Shown here in pieces: positions 57,233 to 64,000 of a stretch of 64,000 nt of DNA; positions within the stretch are counted from its first letter, which is position 1, and every line of letters starts with the position of its first letter. The notes under the pieces were generated by a model. It ran no database searches. It was not told where the DNA came from and saw nothing but the letters and a program-made list of their open reading frames with translations. The position numbers and the translations under genes were made by a program. Location: positions 7,500-71,499 of the forward strand of contig JADBKH010000005.1 of the NCBI GenBank assembly GCA_014896485.1. Direction: 5' to 3'. This DNA comes from Bacillota bacterium (GTDB taxonomy: Bacteria > Bacillota > Bacilli > Bu12).

Positions 57233-58921
57233 TCACAGGCGCCCAGAACGCCCAATGCCCCATAACAGCCACGTACCCGACCCGATTGCGCCGGCAGAAA
57301 AGAGTCCCAACAGAATCTCACCAAAACGCCAATGCACGTTTCCACTGAAGACGAGTACAGCAGCAGTCCCCACACACAGCAAGGCAAATCCAATGAAGAC
57401 CATTGCTGTCGAAAGCCGGTTGACCATGCGCGAAAGATGCTGCATCCATTTCTCTTCATCTCGCCGTCGCTGTGCAATGCGGACATTGAGCGCCCCTCCC
57501 TCTGTGATCGCCCAAACGTCATGCAGTTCATCGGGAAGGGCACGCAACAGGTCACGCGTTTCACGCAACGCCAGCTCCAGCTGATGCCATTCGTAACGTG
57601 GATCCAGCCGCTCCAAAAGCAGCCGGCGGCCGATCGGCTCAGCAATGGTCAGCATGTTCAATGTTGGATCCAACACATTGACGACCCCTTGCAATGTCAC
57701 CAGTGCGCGCGCCAATAAGGAGAAGTTGGCCGGAATGCGGATATGGTGGCGATAGGCCACCTGAAACAGGAGGGTAATGGTCTCGCTCAAGTCAATTTCT
57801 GAGAGAGGGACTTCCACATAACGTTGCCGAATCGTATCGACATCGCGAAAAAGCAGCTTGCGATCGACGCTTTGCGGAACGATGCCCATTGCCAACACGG
57901 CACGGGTGATTCGATCACTATCGCGCTGCACCATACCGATGGCCAGTTCTCCAAATTGTTGGCGCATATCGTCAGAAAGCCAACCGATCATGCCAAAATC
58001 GAGCAGTACGATTCGATTTTCGGACGTGATCAGCAGATTGCCAGGATGAGGATCGGCATGGAAGAGCCCATCCAAAAAGATCTGCTGAACGATCCCTTGC
58101 GTCAACCTCCGCGCAACCTGCTGCAGATCAATGCCGAGCCGCTGAAGGGCGGCTCTATCGGTGACCTTGACCCCCTCTTCGAAGGAAAGCGTCAGGACCC
58201 GCCGGGATGTCTGTTCCCAATAAACGTCTGGAATGATGAACCAGGGCCGCTGCCTGTTTTTCGAAGCGAGCAGCTCGGCATTGTGCGCTTCCTGGCGGTA
58301 ATCCAGCTCTTCATGGAGCGTACGCGCCAGTTCTTCGACGATTTCAGTGGGCCGATAAATGTCAAACGACTCAGATCGCTGCTCGAGCACCCCGGCCAAA
58401 AATGCCAATACACCCAGATCGGCTTCGATCTGCGGCTGGATTTCAGGGCGCTGAACTTTGATGACAACGTGGGTGCCATCCAGCAACCAGGCTTCATGCA
58501 CTTGACCCAAAGAAGCGGCAGCCAACGGCTGCGCCGAGATACGCGCAAAAATGCGTTCGGCCGGCGCCCCCAACTCCTCCTTGATCAACTGTAGTGCCTC
58601 TTCAAAAGGAAAGGGGGGGACTGAATCCTGTAGCTGCGTCAACGCGTCGGCGATGTCGGGTGGTATCAAATCGCGTCTGGTGGAAAGGACCTGCCCCATC
58701 TTGATGAAAGTGGGACCAAGCTGTTCAAAAACCCGCAACACCCGTTCTCCGCGCGAAAGCACCTCTTCTTCCGCATGCCGCCGATGTGGGACAAACCGGC
58801 CAAATCCCGTTTCTTCCCGGAGAAACGCAAAGCCATTCTGCGCCAAAACGTTCGCAATCTCACGCATTCTGCGCAGCCGGGAAGGGCGCAACCGTAAGGG
58901 TGATGGGCCGCGATTGATCAT
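57233..58921 (-). CDS. ABC1/UbiB-family atypical protein kinase
   Basis: LGQVHEA, HADPHPGNLLI and LLDFGMIG kinase-like motifs; C-terminal TM helices. Confidence 0.85.
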   Translation of the reverse strand: MINRGPSPLRLRPSRLRRMREIANVLAQNGFAFLREETGFGRFVPHRRHAEEEVLSRGERVLRVFEQLGPTFIKMGQVLSTRRDLIPPDIADALTQLQDSVPPFPFEEALQLIKEELGAPAERIFARISAQPLAAASLGQVHEAWLLDGTHVVIKVQRPEIQPQIEADLGVLAFLAGVLEQRSESFDIYRPTEIVEELARTLHEELDYRQEAHNAELLASKNRQRPWFIIPDVYWEQTSRRVLTLSFEEGVKVTDRAALQRLGIDLQQVARRLTQGIVQQIFLDGLFHADPHPGNLLITSENRIVLLDFGMIGWLSDDMRQQFGELAIGMVQRDSDRITRAVLAMGIVPQSVDRKLLFRDVDTIRQRYVEVPLSEIDLSETITLLFQVAYRHHIRIPANFSLLARALVTLQGVVNVLDPTLNMLTIAEPIGRRLLLERLDPRYEWHQLELALRETRDLLRALPDELHDVWAITEGGALNVRIAQRRRDEEKWMQHLSRMVNRLSTAMVFIGFALLCVGTAAVLVFSGNVHWRFGEILLGLFSAGAIGSGTWLLWGIGRSGRL

Positions 58922-58930
58922 GGTGTGCCG

Positions 58931-59299
58931 TCAAGTACCTGTCGTAGGAGCATGGGGGTCCTTCTCCTGCCCCTGCTGTTCAAGCGCAGCGACACGCGCT
59001 TCCAACGCTTCAAACTCTTCCCGGCTCACCAGATGCAGTGAGTTGACGAGACGCTCTATCTGCCGACGAACTTCGGCGTTGTAACGCCGGCGCTCCTCTT
59101 CGCCGCGCTCGGCCAACTCGTCGATCAGGCGACGCGCTGTCCCTGGGGAGACTTCTCCTCGGTCTACCCACCGGTTGACCAATTCTTCCGCTTTTTCACG
59201 GGTCATGCTGAGTGCCCCTACCCCCGCCAACGCCACGCGCAGCAGAGCGCCGCTGAGACGCTCTCCGGGCAGCGGCGGACGATGCCGTCGATCTTCCAT
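58931..59299 (-). CDS. Phasin-family (PHA-granule-associated-like) coiled-coil protein
   Basis: LVSREEFEALEARVAALE coiled-coil signature. Start at the ATG 59299 (MEDRRH...) avoids overlap with cysE. Confidence 0.55.
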   Translation of the reverse strand: MEDRRHRPPLPGERLSGALLRVALAGVGALSMTREKAEELVNRWVDRGEVSPGTARRLIDELAERGEEERRRYNAEVRRQIERLVNSLHLVSREEFEALEARVAALEQQGQEKDPHAPTTGT

Positions 59300-59327
59300 C
59301 CCCTGATGCTCCTTTACGCACCCCAAA

Positions 59328-60197
59328 CTACGTACGTACTTCGATGTTGGCACGATTGAGCACGCGCGTATAAGGGGGCACACTTTCAGTCAACCAGACA
59401 TTTCCACCGATGACAGAGTCGTGACCAACGACCGTTTCTCCACCCAAGATGGTCGCCCCAGCATAGATGGTGACATTCTCTTCAATCGTCGGATGGCGCT
59501 TGGTGCCGCGAATCAATGCACCCACCTCGTCTCTCGGAAAGCTTAGTGCCCCGAGCGTAACACCTTGGTATAACTTTACCCGATCGCCGATGACACATGT
59601 CGCGCCGATGACCACCCCGGTTCCATGGTCAATAAAGAAAGCACGGCCAATTTGCGCACCGGGATGAATGTCGATGCCCGTTCGGCTGTGCGCTATCTCT
59701 GTCATCGTCCGTGGCAACAGGGGTACATTACGCTCATACAGCGCATGGGCCAACCGATAGATGGTCACTGCATAAAAGCCGGGATACGTCAAGGCAATTT
59801 CGTCGAGCCCGACAGTGGCCGGATCTCCCTCATAAGCTGCCTGCAGATCATCTTCGAGCATCTCCCGGATCTCGACCAAACCTGCTATCCATCGTGCGGT
59901 TTCCTCCCGCGCCCAAGCCATCACGGCACAGGTACTCCATTCGTCGCAACGATGTGCAACCGCATGGTGCATTTCATGGCTCAAACCCATGTAGAGTCGC
60001 TGCAGACGTTGCTGCAATTCCGGACCACGGCAGGCATGTTGCTGCAATGGAAAAAGCAGTGTCGTCGTCTCATCCAACAATTCGACAAGGATGCGGCGAT
60101 CCGGCAAAGGCCGAGCAGGACCTGCTGCCGCAAAACGATCGTACGCTTTTTCCAAGCCATGCGCGGTTTGCGATACCACCGCCAACATATCGTCCAT
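59328..60197 (-). CDS. cysE: Serine O-acetyltransferase
   Basis: N-terminal SATase helical domain plus left-handed beta-helix hexapeptide repeats ([43 protein letters not shown]). Confidence 0.85.
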   Translation of the reverse strand: MDDMLAVVSQTAHGLEKAYDRFAAAGPARPLPDRRILVELLDETTTLLFPLQQHACRGPELQQRLQRLYMGLSHEMHHAVAHRCDEWSTCAVMAWAREETARWIAGLVEIREMLEDDLQAAYEGDPATVGLDEIALTYPGFYAVTIYRLAHALYERNVPLLPRTMTEIAHSRTGIDIHPGAQIGRAFFIDHGTGVVIGATCVIGDRVKLYQGVTLGALSFPRDEVGALIRGTKRHPTIEENVTIYAGATILGGETVVGHDSVIGGNVWLTESVPPYTRVLNRANIEVRT

Positions 60198-60266
60198 CGG
60201 TCATCGGCTCCTCAGCATTGCAGTTCGCTTTTCCCGCTCTCTGACGCCCTTTTTACAAATCTGTAT

Positions 60267-61058
60267 TTAAGAGGCCCGCCGGCCCGCCAATATTTCTTCC
60301 ACTAATTTCCAATCGCTGCTTTTGTCAACATCTGTACCAATCTCTGGATATTGTGAGACGATCGCCTTACCCTGCAAATGGAAGAGGTGCCCGATGTGCT
60401 CTTCTAACTCCCTGACAGAGACAATTCCCCAGACCTGACTGAGCAAGACACGTACAAACAGACCCCATCCGAGTTGTGAGGCAATGCGCAAGGGGTGCTT
60501 GCGCAGCTCAAAAAAGTGCCGAATCGCTTCTGCATTGGCGGCAATGGTGGTGGGACGGAGCAAGAAGAGATTGCCGCCTGTAAAGACCCCATCCTTCAGC
60601 TTCAAGTAGGTACGTGTCACACCGGGGTAAGCCTTTTCCGTCGCTTCTTTGGGAATGATGGGGTAGTAGATGTCTGCCTCGTATGCCGCACATTGGTGTA
60701 AAAAATCCTGCAGGGCCTGGGGCGTGAGCATCGGAATATCCGCCGTCACGGCGAGCACGCGGTCAGCCGTACCCAGCTGAGCGCACCCGTACAAGAAATT
60801 GTCAATGACGCTTCCTTGCTCTGCAAACAGCGGAATCTGTCCCGCATCGAGCACCTGCTGGAGCTGCTGGGGACCGATCACCGCGATGCGCTGTACTTCG
60901 GGCAACGCCGCAATCGCCTCACGGACATATGCGATCATGGGTTTTCCGCCGATCGGCAGCAATGCCTTGTTCGCAACACCGGCCAGCTGGGTAAGCGGTG
61001 TCTCTTCTGTCCCTGCCAAGATCAAGGCATCCACCGTCATCTTTCGGGTCACTGACAC
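60267..61058 (-). CDS. Nucleotidyltransferase-family protein (MobA-like NTP_transferase domain)
   Basis: ALILAGTEETPL...ALLPIGGKPMI resembles the GT-A nucleotidyltransferase N-terminal signature. Specific substrate unknown. Confidence 0.6.
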   Translation of the reverse strand: MSVTRKMTVDALILAGTEETPLTQLAGVANKALLPIGGKPMIAYVREAIAALPEVQRIAVIGPQQLQQVLDAGQIPLFAEQGSVIDNFLYGCAQLGTADRVLAVTADIPMLTPQALQDFLHQCAAYEADIYYPIIPKEATEKAYPGVTRTYLKLKDGVFTGGNLFLLRPTTIAANAEAIRHFFELRKHPLRIASQLGWGLFVRVLLSQVWGIVSVRELEEHIGHLFHLQGKAIVSQYPEIGTDVDKSSDWKLVEEILAGRRAS

Positions 61059-61127
61059 TTACCCTCCCCAAGTGCCGTCTCACACGATTTTAACATTTCC
61101 GTGCAGGCACCCTGCCGCAGCCCTTCC

Positions 61128-61478
61128 TCAGGAAGGTGGGCGTCGACGACGCAGGATCGCCAGCAAGGCAGGCAGCATAAAGAGTAGAAAGATGAAGGCA
61201 TTGACGATCCACCCAATCCACTGCCGACCCCCCTGCTGCTCTCCGGAGACCTGTTGTGCTTGCACCGACTGCTGCTGGGAGAGAGAGGAAGGAGGCTCAC
61301 TCTGCGGAGTTGTAGCTGCCGGTGGCACCAAAGGGGTAGGAGGTGGTACACGCGGCACGGCCGTTGCCACCCCTGCATTCCGTACAGCTGTCTCACTCGC
61401 GGCATAGACGGGTAGTTGCCCCGCCAACCAAAGCGTCAGCAGCAACACCGCAGAACCGCCCCATCGCAGCGCTCGCAT
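61128..61478 (-). CDS. Small secreted Pro/Gln-rich protein with a C-terminal TM anchor and RRRR tail
   Basis: Signal peptide (AVLLLTLWLAGQLPVYA), low-complexity PPPTPLVPP/QQQSVQAQQ segment, C-terminal hydrophobic helix plus Arg tail. No LPXTG. Confidence 0.45.
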   Translation of the reverse strand: MRALRWGGSAVLLLTLWLAGQLPVYAASETAVRNAGVATAVPRVPPPTPLVPPAATTPQSEPPSSLSQQQSVQAQQVSGEQQGGRQWIGWIVNAFIFLLFMLPALLAILRRRRPPS

Positions 61479-61687
61479 CCGTCAGCCTCTCCGCAGCAAC
61501 CCTGTGGATAGAACTTTCTTTCCTTGTGCTACTGTCATCGTACCATAGCCACTGTAGAATGGCGAAACGCCCACTGCTGGGCGCCGCCACATAGAAAGAG
61601 TAAAATGGGAGCGATCGGAGAATGGGGCCATTTGTACTTGTCCTCCCGCCTGATTAGGCTATCTCTTTTGGAAAGAAGTCGATCGTC

Positions 61688-62512
61688 GTGAGGGGAGATC
61701 AGGTAGATTCCGCCCTTTTCGTAGTCATCCTGCTCGCTGCAACACTGATGCCGTGGTTTCGCCAATCTTCTTCCGAGGCGCAACCTCAGACAAAGCCTCA
61801 GACTGTGCTGCGCGTGGTCAGTCTGGTGATGGCTTGGGTTGTCTTTGTCGTCACGCTCTTTTCCCCGCTCGCACAAAGTAACATTCACCACTGGATGGGG
61901 GGCACCGCGCTCCTGTACACCCTCCAGCCATTGGTCGGGGTTCCACTGCTGCTCACCGGGTTGCCGCCTACGTTTGATCTCGCACAGCGGCTTCGCAAAC
62001 GGCGGCTGAACCTGCTCGTCCATCCGATGCTCGCGCTGGTGCTCTTCAATACGGCCTACTCTTTGGCCTTCCATCCTTTTCTTGTCAATTGGTCGATGCA
62101 ATCGTTCGGGCACACCCTCATCACGCTGGCAGTGTTAGATCTCTTTGCCATCCTGCTGTGGTGGCCTGTCGTTCATCCATCGGAAGCCAATCCGGTCTCC
62201 GATGGGCCGGAAGTGCTCTATCTGCTCGGCAACAAGATAGCTTCCATGCCCATTGGATTTGTCTTGCTGGGCACGCAAACTAGACTCTATCCAATACCGA
62301 CACAACCACCGGTACATGGGCTTTTTACCCTCATGGTTGACCAGCAACTCGCCGCTGCCGTAATCTTCTCCGTTCCTTTGCTGATCTTTAGCGTCGCAGC
62401 GGCCGCCGTCTTTCTCCGCTGGTTTTCCGCACAACGGCAGCACGAACACGAGGGACATTGGGCTGAAGTCATTCCTTTGCCATACGGCGAATCGATGAAC
62501 ACTACAAGGTGA
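61688..62512 (+). CDS. Polytopic membrane protein, possibly caa3-type cytochrome oxidase assembly factor CtaG-like
   Basis: About 7 TM segments, conserved His residues. Family assignment tentative. Confidence 0.45.
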   Translation: MRGDQVDSALFVVILLAATLMPWFRQSSSEAQPQTKPQTVLRVVSLVMAWVVFVVTLFSPLAQSNIHHWMGGTALLYTLQPLVGVPLLLTGLPPTFDLAQRLRKRRLNLLVHPMLALVLFNTAYSLAFHPFLVNWSMQSFGHTLITLAVLDLFAILLWWPVVHPSEANPVSDGPEVLYLLGNKIASMPIGFVLLGTQTRLYPIPTQPPVHGLFTLMVDQQLAAAVIFSVPLLIFSVAAAAVFLRWFSAQRQHEHEGHWAEVIPLPYGESMNTTR

Positions 62513-62543
62513 GAGCGCTGTTAGAAGTATATGTAGCCAGGTG

Positions 62544-63977
62544 CTAAAAACCTGACAACTGCTCCATCCAAGTGACGACATTACTTTGAAGCAGGCGTTC
62601 ACGATCACGGCACTGATCCAGCAACATTTCCGCCCGTTCAGCGGCAAACCAACTGCGCAAGTTATTTTCAAACTTTTCCCACAACAATGGCATGCCTTCC
62701 TTACGCCGGCGGGGATGCCCAATCGGATATTCGACTTCTACACGAGGCGTAGAACTCCCATCCTTAAAAAAGACTTGAACAGCATTGGAGATGGAGCGTT
62801 TGTCAGGATCGAGGTAATCACGGGAGTATTGTGGATCTTCGACCACTTCCATCTTCTCACGCAACGCATCGATCCGTGGATCAGCCGCACGGGCGTCGAG
62901 ATAATCTTCCGCAGTGAGCTTGCCATCCAGCAGAGCCACCGCAGTCATGTATTGGATGCAGTGATCCCGATCTGCCGGATTGTACAGCGGACCGCTTTTG
63001 GTGATGATCCGCAGGGCGGATTCTTGGGTATCGATACGAATACGGGCAATCTCGCCGATACGATCACGCACCAATGGATGAAGTTGGATGGCGGCCTCTA
63101 CCGCCGTTTGTCCGTGAAACTCAGCAGGAAAAGAGATCTTAAACAAAACGTGCTCCATCACGTAATTGCCCAACGGCTGCGCCAATGTCAAGGGGGCTCC
63201 ATGCAACACGATATCTTCAAAGCCCCACTGGGAAGCTGTCAGTGGCGTTTCATACCCCATTTCACCGCTAAGTGTCAGCAACGCCAGACGGACCCCCCGG
63301 CTAGCGGCATCACCGGCCGCCCAAGATTTGCGCGAACCTGTATTCGGCGCGTGCCGGTAGGTACGCAAGCTCCCATTGTCGATGAAAGCTTGTGAGAGGG
63401 CGCGCCGAACAGCCCCTTCATCCCCCCCAAGCAGATGGGTGGCCACCGCTGTAGAAGCGATCTTGACAAAAAGGACATGGTCCAACCCCACGCGGTTGAG
63501 GCTGGTGTTGAGCGAGAGTACCCCCTGGATTTCGTGCGCTTCAATTTCTGCGGTCAACACATCTTTGATCGTCCACGGTGGCTCACCGCGTTGCATCCGC
63601 TGCAGACTACTCCATTCGGCTGCAGCCAAAACGGCGGCAAAGTTGTCTGAGGGATGCCCCCATTCTGCCGCCAAGAAGGTGTCGTTGTAATCAAGCCAGC
63701 GGTTCATCGCCCCAATGTTGAAAGCGGCTTGTATCGGATCCAGACGAAAAGGCAATCCCGGAACATGGCAGCCATTCGGCAACGTCGCACCGGGAACGAG
63801 CGGCCCCAAAAGCCGGCGGCATTGGGGGTATTGCAGCGCCAACAGCCCACATCCCACCGCATCGAGCAAATCGAGGTAAGCTGTTTCATAGGCCTGTGGT
63901 GAAAAATCCGGTGGATGATCGACATAAGCAGCGATAGTTTCGATGACAGCATCGGCAGCCAATAGGTTCCTCCTCAC
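62544..63977 (-). CDS. MmgE/PrpD-family protein (2-methylcitrate dehydratase-like)
   Basis: Full-length similarity to PrpD/MmgE (…[23 protein letters not shown]…, C-terminal domain). Confidence 0.8.
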   Translation of the reverse strand: MRRNLLAADAVIETIAAYVDHPPDFSPQAYETAYLDLLDAVGCGLLALQYPQCRRLLGPLVPGATLPNGCHVPGLPFRLDPIQAAFNIGAMNRWLDYNDTFLAAEWGHPSDNFAAVLAAAEWSSLQRMQRGEPPWTIKDVLTAEIEAHEIQGVLSLNTSLNRVGLDHVLFVKIASTAVATHLLGGDEGAVRRALSQAFIDNGSLRTYRHAPNTGSRKSWAAGDAASRGVRLALLTLSGEMGYETPLTASQWGFEDIVLHGAPLTLAQPLGNYVMEHVLFKISFPAEFHGQTAVEAAIQLHPLVRDRIGEIARIRIDTQESALRIITKSGPLYNPADRDHCIQYMTAVALLDGKLTAEDYLDARAADPRIDALREKMEVVEDPQYSRDYLDPDKRSISNAVQVFFKDGSSTPRVEVEYPIGHPRRRKEGMPLLWEKFENNLRSWFAAERAEMLLDQCRDRERLLQSNVVTWMEQLSGF

Positions 63978-64000
63978 AGATGCAATCCCTGGGGCCCGAT

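Noticed and set aside
57824-60305. Plus-strand ORFs (57824..58594, 59625..60305) opposite UbiB and cysE
   Set aside because: Antisense to genes with clear family motifs.

Overview
High-GC (~60%) bacterial chromosomal segment, most likely from a Gram-positive Firmicute. Gene order is Bacillus-like: moxR/DUF58/transglutaminase - guaA - pbuG ... pur operon; groESL with CIRCE; tsaEB-rimI-tsaD. Almost everything is on the minus strand and densely packed, with many GTGA/ATGA start-stop overlaps. Content from left to right: (1) a fatty-acid beta-oxidation operon with three tandem acyl-CoA dehydrogenases, a FadN-type 3-hydroxyacyl-CoA dehydrogenase/enoyl-CoA hydratase, a thiolase and an SDR, preceded by a sigmaA-like promoter and a perfect palindromic operator; (2) an 11-gene purine biosynthesis operon purE-B-C-S-Q-L-F-M-N-H-D with no purK and no recognisable purine riboswitch; (3) a MATE exporter, a HAD phosphatase, a purine permease, guaA, the MoxR-DUF58-transglutaminase triad and groESL; (4) an accessory-looking block with a 743-aa unknown protein and two Gfo/Idh/MocA oxidoreductases; (5) the most interesting locus: a ComQXPA-like quorum-sensing cassette in non-canonical order. 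A 60-aa peptide ending in ...GSCW is followed by an isoprenyl-transferase-like ComQ homolog, a 10-TM HisKA_3 histidine kinase with a PDZ-like extracytoplasmic loop, and a LuxR/NarL response regulator, with a perfect 8-4-8 palindrome in the peptide gene promoter; (6) tatC, MoCo genes, a PAP2 phosphatase and two tandem paralogous alkaline-phosphatase-superfamily membrane proteins of unknown function; (7) a PAS kinase, the t6A genes, a UbiB kinase, cysE and a PrpD/MmgE-family gene. No rRNA, tRNA, CRISPR array or mobile element was found.
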